This document shows positions 37,530-48,582 of a stretch of 64,000 nt of DNA, piece by piece. A program made the translations under genes and the position numbers. How positions within the stretch are numbered: position 1 is the first letter of the stretch; each line of letters starts with the position of its first letter. The notes beneath the pieces were generated by a model. That model searched no databases, was not told the origin of the DNA, and saw only the letters and a program-made list of their open reading frames with translations. The stretch spans positions 1,568,001 to 1,632,000 of the forward strand of contig OY820579.1 of NCBI GenBank assembly GCA_963681965.1, given 5' to 3'. This DNA comes from a bacterium. Lineage in GTDB: Bacteria > Electryoneota > JAOADG01.

Positions 37530-38641
37530 TTCATCTCGGCGATACTATCGCCACCGATTTTCGCAAGGAGTTCTTTAGCTAGAACAAATGCTACTACATG
37601 CTCGCCGACAATGCTGGCTGCAGGAACGGCACAAACATCTGACCGTTCTTTCAACGCTTGAGTTGGTTCATTGGTCGCTAAATCGATCGATCGTAACGAT
37701 TGACGCAGCGATGCCAATGGTTTCATCATTGCGCGGATGATAATCAGTTCACCGTTACTAATACCCCCCTCGATGCCACCGGAGTGATTGCTGGTTCGGT
37801 GAATTGAACCAGTTTCAGTCAAATTAAGTTGATCGTGGAATTGCGCACCGGACAGACACCCATCTTCAATATCGCCGATTGAAACCGATTTAATTGCCGG
37901 AATCGACATCACTGCTTGAGCCAATTGCCCGTCAAGACGGCGATCAGCCTGAACATAGGATCCCAAACCGATTGGAACATTAATGGAGATCACCTCAAAT
38001 TCACCACCTAATGTATCGCCTTCTAGTTTGCATTTATCGATTTCTTGAATCATCTGGTGCTCGGCATTCGGGTCGATGCATCGCACTAATGAACCGTCGG
38101 CAATGGAGTTTATCACATCGTAGTTTGTCAATTTAGTTGTAGCAGATACTTTACCAATTCTCCGAACATGCGATGCGATTCTAATATCGAATTGCGACAA
38201 TAATTCCCGGCAAATCGCTCCAATTGCCACTCGCATTGCTGTTTCGCGAGCACTTGCTCGCTCAATCACAGTCCGAATGTCGGTTAAATGATATTTAAGA
38301 ACTCCGGCGTAATCAGCATGACCCGGACGCGGCATGGTTAATGGTTCGCTTGGGTTTGATACCGGTGTGATTGATGTTTTCTCGATCCAATTTTCCCAAT
38401 CAAGATTCTTAATCAACAGACTGATCGGTGCACCTGTTGTGATACCATATCGAATGCCACTCAGTATTTCAACTTGATCGTGTTCGATTTTCATTCGATC
38501 GCCGCGACCATATCCCATTTGTCTTCGTTGAAGTTGCCGATCGATCAATTCAGAACTGAGTTCAAGACCTGCAGGAATACCATCGAGAATTCCTGTAAGA
38601 GCCTGACCATGCGACTCGCCGGCTGTCAGATAGCGCAGCAT
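37475..38641 (-). CDS. aroC: Chorismate synthase
   Basis: TAGESHG, PRPGHAD, ERASARETA, GGIEGGISNG, ERSDVCAVPAA. Confidence 0.95.
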   Translation of the reverse strand: MLRYLTAGESHGQALTGILDGIPAGLELSSELIDRQLQRRQMGYGRGDRMKIEHDQVEILSGIRYGITTGAPISLLIKNLDWENWIEKTSITPVSNPSEPLTMPRPGHADYAGVLKYHLTDIRTVIERASARETAMRVAIGAICRELLSQFDIRIASHVRRIGKVSATTKLTNYDVINSIADGSLVRCIDPNAEHQMIQEIDKCKLEGDTLGGEFEVISINVPIGLGSYVQADRRLDGQLAQAVMSIPAIKSVSIGDIEDGCLSGAQFHDQLNLTETGSIHRTSNHSGGIEGGISNGELIIIRAMMKPLASLRQSLRSIDLATNEPTQALKERSDVCAVPAASIVGEHVVAFVLAKELLAKIGGDSIAEMKCHFAAWGNRWDTFSSRD

Positions 38642-39444
38642 AGTTCGATCTCCAATTGTCTTAAACTTTCCTCAGGGAATGCCCGATCTGTCCAAATGGA
38701 GAAGGATGACATTGCCTGACCCAATAAAATTCGCAATCCGTTTTGTACGGTCGATCCCGATTCAATCAATAGTTTCATGACCGACGTCATTATCGGTGAA
38801 TAAATTGATTCAAGATAATAACTTCCCGGTAGTGGAAGTAGATTGAATGGGAATGGAGATGATACTCCATCAGAGCCAATCGGTGTTGCATTAACAACTA
38901 ACGAAGAATTTTGCCCGAGTGCAACGCGATCGACCCAAGAATGAATAGACAAGAGGTCTGGATATCTCGCGCAGAGACCTTTCCACTCCGGTAGAAAATG
39001 TCTCATCGATACGGCAACATGCCAATTATTTTGCAACAATTCCAATGTCGAGGCACGCGCAAATCCTCCACCACCAAGAATCAATGCATTGCGATCAATG
39101 GTTGATAAATTCCATGGTTTAAGTGCAAATTGAAGTCCGAAACCATCTGTCGAATCAGCGATCCAACCTTTCTCGCCTCGAATGAGTGTATTGGCAGATT
39201 GAATTATTTTTACCGTCGAACTGATATTTTCGCAATATTGAATTACCGCATATTTGAATGGATTCGTTATATTCAATCCTTGAAAACCATCGCGGAAGAG
39301 TTGATCAAGCGTTTCATGCAAATCTTCACTTCGGGTTGGAAGTAATTGATAACTTCCTTCCATCCGAAGTTCATCGAGTGCTGCTAGATGTATCTTTGGA
39401 GAAAGCGAGTAGTCAATCTGCCCACCGATGAGTCCCAGTTTCAT
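38626..39444 (-). CDS. aroE: Shikimate dehydrogenase
   Basis: SLSP.IH, GLNITNPFK, SANT, TDG.G, GGGGFARA, VNATPIG. Confidence 0.88.
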   Translation of the reverse strand: MKLGLIGGQIDYSLSPKIHLAALDELRMEGSYQLLPTRSEDLHETLDQLFRDGFQGLNITNPFKYAVIQYCENISSTVKIIQSANTLIRGEKGWIADSTDGFGLQFALKPWNLSTIDRNALILGGGGFARASTLELLQNNWHVAVSMRHFLPEWKGLCARYPDLLSIHSWVDRVALGQNSSLVVNATPIGSDGVSSPFPFNLLPLPGSYYLESIYSPIMTSVMKLLIESGSTVQNGLRILLGQAMSSFSIWTDRAFPEESLRQLEIELCCAI

Positions 39445-40733
39445 GAAACAACTCCCAGCTTTTCGGAAAGCTCTTCGAAAAATCCGGGATAGGACACATC
39501 AACCGCTGTCGCATTAACAAGTGTGGTTTCACCTTTTGCGACTAAGCTGGCAACAGCAAAACTCATGGCTATTCGGTGATCATTCATGCAATCGATTTTT
39601 GAACCATGTAACCGTTTCGTAGCTTCGAAGGCGAATCCGTCGTTGTACTCTTCACACGAAACCCCCATTGCACGCAACCCAGCTACTAATGCCAGAATCC
39701 GATCGCACTCTTTTAATCGCAATTCCTGTGCATCTCGTAATTGAAATCGTCCTCCCGATCCGGCGGCAACGATTGCCAAGATCGGCAATTCGTCAATCAA
39801 ATACGGTACGGATCCGCCGTTGATATCAAAAGAAAAGTGTCCACCGGAGGTAACAGAGATTATTCCGATCGGTTCACCATTACTTGTTGATTGTTGTTCG
39901 ATCGTGATCTTTGCGCCGGCAAGCATTAGTTGTCGATAAAATTCTATTCGACTGGGATTGATCCCGACCGATTCTAGAACAAGTGCCGAGCCCGGCACCA
40001 AGAGCGCGATCGTTGTCCAAAATGCACCACTGGAAGGATCACCCGGAATAATCCCGTCGGGTATTGGAATTGTTGTATCGCGAGACACACGCCACGAAGT
40101 GACATTATCAACTTGAGTCGGAGTTAGTTGTAATAACCGCTCAGTGTGATCGCGTGAGGGAACGGGTTCAATGATCTCGGTATAACCATCTGCATGCAAT
40201 CCGGCAAATAGCAATGCGGATTTTAATTGGGCACTGGCAATCGGCATCCGGTAACGGATCCCATGCAAAAGTGATGGATGAATATTGACTGGTAGTTTCC
40301 CATCCGTGGTCGTAATTTGCGCCCCCATTAGACGTAATGGGTCCGCGATCCGGTCCATTGGACGATTACTCAATGATTGGTCGCCAGTCAATTCAGCAGT
40401 AACCGATTTACCAGCTAGAACACCCATCAACAGACGACAAGTCGTACCGGAATTAGCACAATTAATTGGGACTGTCGGTTGGTGTTTACCTATCGGACCA
40501 ATGATTCTGAAAGTAGAATGATATTGATCGATCTGAATGCAATCTGTCGATACACTTAATCTTTCCAAAGCAAACAAGGTTGAATAGAGATCGGCACCAC
40601 AGCGATAGATGGTTAGGTCGATAGGTTGAGAAAATAAACTCGCTAAGAGCAGGCGACGGTGTGCAATGGATTTATCGGAGGGGAGTTCGATCGAACAGAG
40701 AAGTGGGTGTTTCGCTGCCGATATTTTGATCAT
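39441..40733 (-). CDS. aroA: EPSP synthase
   Basis: [44 protein letters not shown]. Confidence 0.93.
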   Translation of the reverse strand: MIKISAAKHPLLCSIELPSDKSIAHRRLLLASLFSQPIDLTIYRCGADLYSTLFALERLSVSTDCIQIDQYHSTFRIIGPIGKHQPTVPINCANSGTTCRLLMGVLAGKSVTAELTGDQSLSNRPMDRIADPLRLMGAQITTTDGKLPVNIHPSLLHGIRYRMPIASAQLKSALLFAGLHADGYTEIIEPVPSRDHTERLLQLTPTQVDNVTSWRVSRDTTIPIPDGIIPGDPSSGAFWTTIALLVPGSALVLESVGINPSRIEFYRQLMLAGAKITIEQQSTSNGEPIGIISVTSGGHFSFDINGGSVPYLIDELPILAIVAAGSGGRFQLRDAQELRLKECDRILALVAGLRAMGVSCEEYNDGFAFEATKRLHGSKIDCMNDHRIAMSFAVASLVAKGETTLVNATAVDVSYPGFFEELSEKLGVVS

Positions 40734-41602
40734 GTGCTGGGAAACGCTCGATCAATCGCAGTTGCAATCCGCGACAGATCGTAGCTTAAAGACTTCAATT
40801 GAGTAGGATAGAGTGACTGATCGCCGTCGGAAAGTGCACAATCGGGATTGGTATGGACCTCAATCATCACGCCATCGGCACCAGCAGCAATTGCAGCACG
40901 TGCCATCGGTGAAACCAATTCGCGATCGCCGGTTGCATGACTCGGATCGGCTATGATTGGAAATGAGCAGATTTGTTTCAATTTGGGAATGATTGTTAAA
41001 TCGAACGTACTCCGCGAGTAATCGACAAATGTGCGAATTCCGCGCTCACAAACCACAATCTGATCGTTCCCTTCGCCAGTGATGTATTCGATCGCACCTA
41101 ATAATTCGGTTAAAGTCGCTGCCATGCCACGTTTGAGTAACACCGGTTTGCGAGATCTACCTACCCGCCTTAGTAAGCTAAAATTCTGCATGTTACGCGA
41201 TCCGATTTGCAACATGTCAACGACAGGTTCCAACTCGTTGACTTGGGCAATATCCATGACTTCGGTTACCATCGGCAGATTTTCGTGATCCGCCGCTTCC
41301 CGTAGCCATTTGATCGCTTCAATACCAATCCCCTGAAACGCTGCTGGTGAAGTACGTGGTTTAAAGGCACCGCCGCGTAAAATCGTACCGCCCGATGCCC
41401 TGACAAGTTTTGCAACCGCTCTAATCTGATCGAATGATTCAACTGCACAGGGACCGGCAATCATTACTAGCCGATTGCCCCCAATTAACACATTTCCCAC
41501 AGGAATGGGTTTGGTCGCGATGCACTGGTTAGACGTGTCGGTATATCCCGACTCTAATGGCGGGACAACAGAATTGCTGGGAAGTTTATTCGATTCAGGC
41601 AT
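40730..41602 (-). CDS. aroF: DAHP synthase, type I-beta
   Basis: [53 protein letters not shown]. Confidence 0.92.
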   Translation of the reverse strand: MPESNKLPSNSVVPPLESGYTDTSNQCIATKPIPVGNVLIGGNRLVMIAGPCAVESFDQIRAVAKLVRASGGTILRGGAFKPRTSPAAFQGIGIEAIKWLREAADHENLPMVTEVMDIAQVNELEPVVDMLQIGSRNMQNFSLLRRVGRSRKPVLLKRGMAATLTELLGAIEYITGEGNDQIVVCERGIRTFVDYSRSTFDLTIIPKLKQICSFPIIADPSHATGDRELVSPMARAAIAAGADGVMIEVHTNPDCALSDGDQSLYPTQLKSLSYDLSRIATAIDRAFPST

Positions 41603-41733
41603 AGTATGATAGATTGATAATGATAATAAATTCTCGAGTTTCGGATTATTACCGAAACCTTACAATTTCGCTATGGATTGATACGAATGCAAGGAGGTAC
41701 CGTTGGAGATTATATCTTGTTTCCGACGGACAA

Positions 41734-43185
41734 TTACAGCTGACTTCGAGTAAATATCTCGAACAGGCGTTCTCGATTCGGTTTTCCGTTGGGTAAGGTA
41801 GGTATCTCATCAAGTAATAACCAATATTTCGGGATTTTAAAGCCGGATAATTTTCCATGTAAGAATTGCTTGAGATCGTCGATTGATTGGGTTTGAGTCA
41901 GTTCAATTGCAGCTACGACAGCTTCTCCCCAATCTTTGTCCGGAACTCCGAAAACGACTGCTAAGCGAATTAGACGATTGGTCATTAAGATTTGTTCAAT
42001 TTCACTAGGGCTGATGTTTTCACCACCACTAACTATCCGGTCAACTTGTCGTCCAGCAACGATGAGTGTGCCTTGGGGAGTTAAATATCCCAGATCACCG
42101 GTTCTGATCCAACCATCCTTGAAGGTTTTTTTCGATTCTAGCTCATTGCCTTCGTATCCTATCGCAGCAGCAGGGCTCTTGACATAGATTTCGCCCGAAA
42201 ATCCGGGTTGCAATACTTCGTCAGATTCATTCCGAATTTCTACAGTAACACCAGGAAGAGGTAGACCGGCACTTCTCCGGATCGATAATTCCGAATTTGG
42301 TGGTACAGTGGTAATCTGTGACCCTGCCTCACTCATTCCATAACTAGCCACAAATCTTGGATCTCGCTCTAGCAATTCAGTTGGGATTGATCCTCCTCCA
42401 ATCAATACAAGCTGTACACAATCAGGTAGCGGCTGATTATTTCTGAAAGCTAGCAATCGTTGAAGTGTGGTTGGAACCAAAGACAGATGACTGATTGTGC
42501 CACTTTCAATTACATCGTTGACTTCAGTCGCCTCGAATTTATCCAATAGATGAAGCGATAAACCGGTCATCATCGATTTCATAAAACTACTAATTCCACC
42601 AATGTGGAATAATGGTAAAGTGATAAGCCATCGGTTAGTATTACTGAATAATAGGTGTTGCTCCGACATTTTCGCATGTGCCTCTAACGCTTGCCATGGA
42701 AGTACAACACGTTTCGGAATTCCGCTCGAACCGGAAGTGAAAATCACTAATGAAGAAGCTAGATATTGATTATTATACAAGGTTTTCTGACACTGTTCCC
42801 AGAACGCATCGAAAATGAATTCATCGATCTTAAATCGATACTCACATTCTAATTCTGTAAATTGTAGGTTATTATGTTCATCGAATAATATCAAATCGAA
42901 TGGACAATCACCTAATGCCCTTGCTTGCTCTTCGGTCGTCCAGTATGTTGGAAGTAGGATCGTAGTACAACCACTCTTGAGTGCTGCCCCAACAGCGATT
43001 AAATATAAATCCGATGAACTGGAAAGAATCCCAACACGAAACGAATGACCCTGAGAAAACGCTAGAATTCGTTGTGAGACATTGTCAATAATTTCTGCAA
43101 TCTCGAAGAAATCATATTGACGATCATGCCACAATAGGGAGGGTGAATTAGGTTGATTTGACTGATGAAGATCAAGCGGAAACAT
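41734..43185 (-). CDS. menE: O-succinylbenzoate-CoA ligase
   Basis: FTSGSSG.PK, LPLFHIGG, SLVPT.L.R, YGMSE, TGDLG, SGGENI; men cluster context. Confidence 0.88.
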   Translation of the reverse strand: MFPLDLHQSNQPNSPSLLWHDRQYDFFEIAEIIDNVSQRILAFSQGHSFRVGILSSSSDLYLIAVGAALKSGCTTILLPTYWTTEEQARALGDCPFDLILFDEHNNLQFTELECEYRFKIDEFIFDAFWEQCQKTLYNNQYLASSLVIFTSGSSGIPKRVVLPWQALEAHAKMSEQHLLFSNTNRWLITLPLFHIGGISSFMKSMMTGLSLHLLDKFEATEVNDVIESGTISHLSLVPTTLQRLLAFRNNQPLPDCVQLVLIGGGSIPTELLERDPRFVASYGMSEAGSQITTVPPNSELSIRRSAGLPLPGVTVEIRNESDEVLQPGFSGEIYVKSPAAAIGYEGNELESKKTFKDGWIRTGDLGYLTPQGTLIVAGRQVDRIVSGGENISPSEIEQILMTNRLIRLAVVFGVPDKDWGEAVVAAIELTQTQSIDDLKQFLHGKLSGFKIPKYWLLLDEIPTLPNGKPNRERLFEIFTRSQL

Positions 43186-44287
43186 CGTTGATTCGCTTCC
43201 AGGAAAAGTCGATCGACGATTTCATCTGAAAGCCCATCCCATTGGAAATAGGATCGAAAACAATGACACCTCGTTGAACATGATGATCCGCAATTGTATC
43301 CGATTCGAGTAGGCGATTTGTCGATATTCCATGTGCAAAATGGTTGTTCGGAAGCGATGCTGCTAGATGGAAATAAGCTGCGGCTGCAATTCCGGAATCC
43401 ATTGATGATGAGAATACTGCTTTGATTTCATTCTGTTCGGCTAGGAGGGCAAGATCGCGTGACCGCAATATGCCACCTAGAGTCATTGGTTTGAGAACAA
43501 ATGAAACGTTTGGATGAATTGTAATCCATTTTCGACATTGAGTTTCGCTCGATACCGATTCATCGAGTGCAATTGAAACTGGAACATCGCGTATTCGATT
43601 TAAAAAGAGTTCAATATCGTAATCTGCAACTGGTTGTTCGATGTATTCAATTCGCAAATCGGCGAGTCTAATTGTTCGATCGATCGCATCTTCGAGTGTC
43701 CAGCTTCCGTTGATATCGAAGCGGAATTGAGTATCTGGAAAAGACTTAATTAACTCGGTAAGTTTCTTGTAATCGGATAGAAAATCGGTACTGGTTTTTA
43801 ATTTGAATGTGCGATAACCAAGGTGTCGATAGGAATCGACAGTCTCCAACACGTTCTGATCGGTGTTCGATAACAATTGTGTAACAGGTATGATCGTATT
43901 GAGTTCACTGTTGAGGAGCATTCCGACTGGCAACTTTAAAAAATTACCAATTCGGTCGAGAACTGCGCTTTCTAGCGCAAACCGAAGTGCAGGGCGAAAA
44001 TCCAAAACCGTATCAAGTGCCGACATGAATTCCGGTACCGATTCAAGTTCGTCGGGAAACGGAATTTCTTTGATAAAAGGTTGTAGATCATTCACTCCTT
44101 TTACAGTTTCGGCGAGTGTTTCAGTACCCCAATCTGGTAACGGTGCCGCTTCGCCAATTCCGAAAGTCCCATTGTTATCACTGACTCGAAGCAAAACAAT
44201 ATTGCGTTCGATCCATGCCGATCGAATAGCATCAACGCGATGTTGAAATCGGAGTACGATAGGTTGCCACTGAAGCCGAGTTATCAT
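43172..44287 (-). CDS. menC: O-succinylbenzoate synthase
   Basis: GEAAPLP..TETL, FKLK, RFDINGSW, YIEQP, IALDES, LKPMTLGG. Confidence 0.88.
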   Translation of the reverse strand: MITRLQWQPIVLRFQHRVDAIRSAWIERNIVLLRVSDNNGTFGIGEAAPLPDWGTETLAETVKGVNDLQPFIKEIPFPDELESVPEFMSALDTVLDFRPALRFALESAVLDRIGNFLKLPVGMLLNSELNTIIPVTQLLSNTDQNVLETVDSYRHLGYRTFKLKTSTDFLSDYKKLTELIKSFPDTQFRFDINGSWTLEDAIDRTIRLADLRIEYIEQPVADYDIELFLNRIRDVPVSIALDESVSSETQCRKWITIHPNVSFVLKPMTLGGILRSRDLALLAEQNEIKAVFSSSMDSGIAAAAYFHLAASLPNNHFAHGISTNRLLESDTIADHHVQRGVIVFDPISNGMGFQMKSSIDFSWKRINDVSA

Positions 44288-45162
44288 AGCGCGATCGCAA
44301 GTCCCAGCGATAATCCGAAGATGAGTTGCAATCGAGCAGTGAGGATGAGTGCTTGAATCAAGTCTTCGGGAATTGTTGTTCGAAAAACAATACTGATCGG
44401 TTTAACTGAAAAATAAAGTACCGGAAGAAGCCAATAGATCCGGTGCAACTGGTTAACTTGGTGCAATATAAGTATAGCAATAAAGAAACTGAATACAATG
44501 CTCAAAAAAAACTCAATTCGTCCAAATCGATATCCAAATCTTGCCGGAAGAGTTAATTTATTGGCTTCTCGATCAGTTGGGATGTCGCGAATGTTATTCA
44601 CACAAATTAAACTGATTGACAATAATCCCGGTGCAACTCCTGCAAGCATTGCCAGTTGTGACCACTCCAGGGTGAGTAAATAACTGGTTCCCGATACAGC
44701 AATGATACCGAAAAATCCGATCAGAAAGAATTCACTTAGCCCTTTGTAGGCGATTGGAAAAGGTCCTGCTGTATAAAATACGCCACATAAAATTGATGTA
44801 GATCCGATAATAACAATACTCCAACCTCCTCGAAGTGCGAGGGGGATTCCCAATAACAGAGCAAGCGCAAAAACCAAAAGAAATCCATTTCGAACAGTTC
44901 TTGGTGGTATCAGACCCGATTGCGTTACTCGCATCGGACCAGAGCGCTTCACATCGGCACCTTTGCGATAATCGTAGTAGTCGTTTGCGATATTCGTTCC
45001 GACTTGGATCAAAACTGCCGCAAATAAAATCGGAATCACCCACCAACCGTTGAAATTGGGGTGTCGAAGTGAAATTGCAAATCCAATCCACACCGGAAGA
45101 ATCGAAGCGATTAACGTTTTCGGACGGGCAGCAAGCAACCAATTGTGAATATTAGTTGTCAC
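44284..45162 (-). CDS. menA: DHNA polyprenyltransferase
   Basis: W..AARPKTL, NIANDYYDY.KGAD, YTAGP, NNIRDIPTD. Confidence 0.93.
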   Translation of the reverse strand: MTTNIHNWLLAARPKTLIASILPVWIGFAISLRHPNFNGWWVIPILFAAVLIQVGTNIANDYYDYRKGADVKRSGPMRVTQSGLIPPRTVRNGFLLVFALALLLGIPLALRGGWSIVIIGSTSILCGVFYTAGPFPIAYKGLSEFFLIGFFGIIAVSGTSYLLTLEWSQLAMLAGVAPGLLSISLICVNNIRDIPTDREANKLTLPARFGYRFGRIEFFLSIVFSFFIAILILHQVNQLHRIYWLLPVLYFSVKPISIVFRTTIPEDLIQALILTARLQLIFGLSLGLAIAL

Positions 45163-45989
45163 TACGGTAACCGCGGGTACTTGCCGAAATCGGGTTTACG
45201 TTTTTCTAGATAAGCTTTTTTACCTTCTTGACCTTCTTCGCTCATGTAATACAACAGCGTTGTATTACCCGCGAGTTCCTGGATCCCGGCTTCGCCATCA
45301 GTTTCGGCATTGAATGCGGCTTTCAGGCAACGCAATGCCATAGGTGAATGCGCAAGCATTTCCCGACACCACTCAATGGTGGTCGTTTCAAGTTGATCCA
45401 AGGGCACGACCGTATTCACTAGTCCCATATCCAATGCTTCTTGAGCAGTATATTGACGACAGAGGAACCAGATCTCTTTCGCTTTTTTATGACCCACTAT
45501 TCGAGCCAAGTAGCCGGCACCGAAACCGCCATCGAAACTCCCGACTTTCGGACCAGTCTGACCAAATCGCGCATTGTCGGCTGCAATCGTAAGATCGCAT
45601 ACGATATGTAAAACATGACCGCCACCGATCGCGTAACCTGCGACCATCGCTACCACTGGCTTTGGTAGGCTGCGAATCTGTTTTTGCAAGTCGAGTACAT
45701 TCAAACGAGGTACTCCGCTGGCATCGACATACCCTTTATCGCCGCGAATACGTTGATCCCCACCACTACAAAACGCCAAATCGCCTGCGCCGGTTAAGAT
45801 GGCAACGCCAATTTCGGGATCCTCGCGTACATCCAGAAAGGCAATTTGTAGCTCTGCCAACGTTTGTGGACGAAACGCATTGCGAACTTCGGGACGATTA
45901 ATGGTGATTTTGGCAATACCATCCAGCTTTTCATAAATGATATCGGTAAAAGTCCCGGCTGATTTCCAAGGATATTTAGATTGTGTCAT
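45162..45989 (-). CDS. menB: DHNA-CoA synthase
   Basis: [41 protein letters not shown]. Confidence 0.96.
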   Translation of the reverse strand: MTQSKYPWKSAGTFTDIIYEKLDGIAKITINRPEVRNAFRPQTLAELQIAFLDVREDPEIGVAILTGAGDLAFCSGGDQRIRGDKGYVDASGVPRLNVLDLQKQIRSLPKPVVAMVAGYAIGGGHVLHIVCDLTIAADNARFGQTGPKVGSFDGGFGAGYLARIVGHKKAKEIWFLCRQYTAQEALDMGLVNTVVPLDQLETTTIEWCREMLAHSPMALRCLKAAFNAETDGEAGIQELAGNTTLLYYMSEEGQEGKKAYLEKRKPDFGKYPRLP

Positions 45990-46819
45990 TTCGAACCTAT
46001 TTGAGTATTCGTTAAAAATGTGAACATGATCTGCATCAATGCATCAGGTTGTTCCGTCGGTGCATCATGACCGCAATTAGGGATCAGTTCCAATCTCGAA
46101 TTCGGTATATATTGTACGTAATTTTTTATCGCATTGGCATATTTCAAATCATCTTTTCCAGCGATAAATAGCATGGGCGTGTCTAATTTTGACAAATGAT
46201 CCAGCAAATACTCCTGTTTTCCAACCGAAAGTGTTCGTAGGCTCTTTGCCAACTGCTTGGGATTCTGAGCCATCCAGCTATCGCGAAGAGTGGATAATTG
46301 ATCTATCGGCAGGCTCTGTCGGTGTTTAAAAATAGGTAAGTTCTCCCAATACTCTGAAAACCATTCCATTCCTCGATTTTCAATCCATTTTGCCAACTGC
46401 TCATCAGATTGGTCTCGTTCTAATCGGTCGTCTAGGTCTGAAATTCCTGCTGATCCGCTGATTAAAATTGCAGATTGGATCGGGAGATGAGAGTGCGCTA
46501 ATAAATGCATTGCAAAACGAGCACCGAGTGAATATCCAACTAACTCTATTGGTTGATCGACAAGATCCCGAAGCTGATTGGAAAGATCGTCGACAACCTG
46601 ATCCCAAGTCAAATTACATTTTTCTGGTAATACCGACTTACCGTGACCGGGCAGATCTGGTGTAAGACAATAGAACGTTTGCGAAAGTAACTCCAGAAAT
46701 GGCGACCAGTACCGATGAGTTCCAGCAAAACCGTGGAGTAGAAGTAGCGGGGGATTTTTTTTCTCACCGCAATCGACTAGAAACCAATCGATACCAGTTT
46801 TTGTGGAATGAAGGATCAT
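45986..46819 (-). CDS. menH: SHCHC synthase
   Basis: LHGFAG, DLPGHG, GYSLGAR, D..LA..IE, GH..P.EQP; context. Confidence 0.85.
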   Translation of the reverse strand: MILHSTKTGIDWFLVDCGEKKNPPLLLLHGFAGTHRYWSPFLELLSQTFYCLTPDLPGHGKSVLPEKCNLTWDQVVDDLSNQLRDLVDQPIELVGYSLGARFAMHLLAHSHLPIQSAILISGSAGISDLDDRLERDQSDEQLAKWIENRGMEWFSEYWENLPIFKHRQSLPIDQLSTLRDSWMAQNPKQLAKSLRTLSVGKQEYLLDHLSKLDTPMLFIAGKDDLKYANAIKNYVQYIPNSRLELIPNCGHDAPTEQPDALMQIMFTFLTNTQIGSK

Positions 46820-48582
46820 CGGTTGACAGTTTTTCGCAATTTCTGAAGGAAAGCTGTTACTTCGCTTTCAGTTTCAGATCGGTCGGAGTATATCTCAAAC
46901 ACTCGGGGAAAAGGAATCTCAACCAGATCATCAAGCACTTCCATCAGATTGGTATAGGATTTAATTCGATAAAAATAGACTCCTAAACCGTGACAAACAT
47001 GTTTAAAATCGATCTGTTGTTGAATTCCCTGTATTGTTTCGAAACTGTCAACATCGGTTGACGATTCGATATCGGATGTTTTCAATGACTTTCGAGCAGG
47101 TAAATAGTGGAAAATTCCTCCGCCACCATTGTGACTAAGGAGGATTGTGATTGGTAACTTTAATCGAGAAATTAACTCAAGCGCATTGAGATTGTGGAAG
47201 AAAGCCAAATCACCGATCACGATGTATGTTGGCATATCCGAAGCGATTGCGATTCCAGTTGCAGTTGAGAGGATTCCGTCAATACCGTTAGCGCCTTTGT
47301 TCGCAAAGAAGTGCGTAATGGGGTTGCCTTGCGAAAACCAGTCAGCATACCGAATGGACATCGAATTCGACAGAAAACAGTTGCTATCGCGAGTAGCATA
47401 ATCAATCATCGTTGGTGCGATAAATGCTTCCAGTGGTATATTCTCATCGATACTTTCTCGGTATACGATATCTTCTTGTATTGCGTCGATTCGTTCCCAC
47501 TCTCTAGTAGCGTCATGCTTGTATTCTTGTTGAGTCCGACCAATCAACTCGTCGATCACAGATCCGATAGGTCTATGAATCGTTAATGTCACAATTCGGT
47601 CGGGATCGATTGTCTGCGAATGAGACTGTATTCGAAAGCACGGACATTTCTGTGAAGCCATCCAATGGAACATCGGATTGGAAGTAGGATAATTGCCAAA
47701 CCAGAGGATGCAGTCGCTGTGAAGTGTCTCACTCGCTGCTCGAATAGCTAATACAGGATACTTCAACGATTTTGGTTTTCCTCGTAATCCCGAAACGATG
47801 TCAGCCAGAATTGGAGCATCGAATTTTTCAGCGAGCGAATTGATAAGAGTTCCATCAATATCCGTTTCGCAAGCATCGGGACCAGCGACGATTACGGGTT
47901 TTTCCGCTGATGTCAAGGCGTGAAGTAGTTGATCAATTGCCGATTCATCGATTTTTTCGGCAATCAATTGAACCGGGGCTAAATTCAAGATCGCTTTTTC
48001 AGCTTGATGCCACAGATTGACAATTTGCTCTGATTCAATACCAATCGGCTGTAACGGCTCTTCGAATGGACAATTGATATGAACCGGTGCGCGATTCAAA
48101 CCCATCGCACTCGAATAGCTTCTAATCGCAAGATCAATGATTTCTGTTACGGATTGTTGATCGGAAATTTCCGGTAAACTAGTCTCCAGTGACACGTAAC
48201 TACCGAAAATACCTGTTTGTTGAATCGTTTGCGGTGAGCCGCATTGTTGCATCGATTCCGGACGATCTGCCGTTAAGACGATCAAAGGTGTTCGACTGTA
48301 ATATGCCTCAACGATCCCCGGTAAATAATTGGCGACAGCAGTCCCGGAAGTGCAAATGAGAATCGCAGGTTTTCGCGAAGATTTTCCCATACCCACTGCC
48401 AGAAACGCCGCATTTCGCTCGTCGACTTCCACAATTGATTGCAATCCGGAAGTATGAATTGCACAGTGAGAAAGGGGAGTATTGCGGGAACCGGGAGAAA
48501 TGACTACAAATTCGCAACCAAGTTTCACCAAAGCTGAGAGTATCGTCTGAGCGCGTAGCCAGTTACGGTTCATTGGAATCAT
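46816..48582 (-). CDS. menD: SEPHCHC synthase
   Basis: SPGSRNTPL, DERNAAF, CTSGTAVAN, TADRP, NKGANGIDG, GDLAFFH, NGGGGIF; ATGA overlap with menF. Confidence 0.93.
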   Translation of the reverse strand: MIPMNRNWLRAQTILSALVKLGCEFVVISPGSRNTPLSHCAIHTSGLQSIVEVDERNAAFLAVGMGKSSRKPAILICTSGTAVANYLPGIVEAYYSRTPLIVLTADRPESMQQCGSPQTIQQTGIFGSYVSLETSLPEISDQQSVTEIIDLAIRSYSSAMGLNRAPVHINCPFEEPLQPIGIESEQIVNLWHQAEKAILNLAPVQLIAEKIDESAIDQLLHALTSAEKPVIVAGPDACETDIDGTLINSLAEKFDAPILADIVSGLRGKPKSLKYPVLAIRAASETLHSDCILWFGNYPTSNPMFHWMASQKCPCFRIQSHSQTIDPDRIVTLTIHRPIGSVIDELIGRTQQEYKHDATREWERIDAIQEDIVYRESIDENIPLEAFIAPTMIDYATRDSNCFLSNSMSIRYADWFSQGNPITHFFANKGANGIDGILSTATGIAIASDMPTYIVIGDLAFFHNLNALELISRLKLPITILLSHNGGGGIFHYLPARKSLKTSDIESSTDVDSFETIQGIQQQIDFKHVCHGLGVYFYRIKSYTNLMEVLDDLVEIPFPRVFEIYSDRSETESEVTAFLQKLRKTVNR

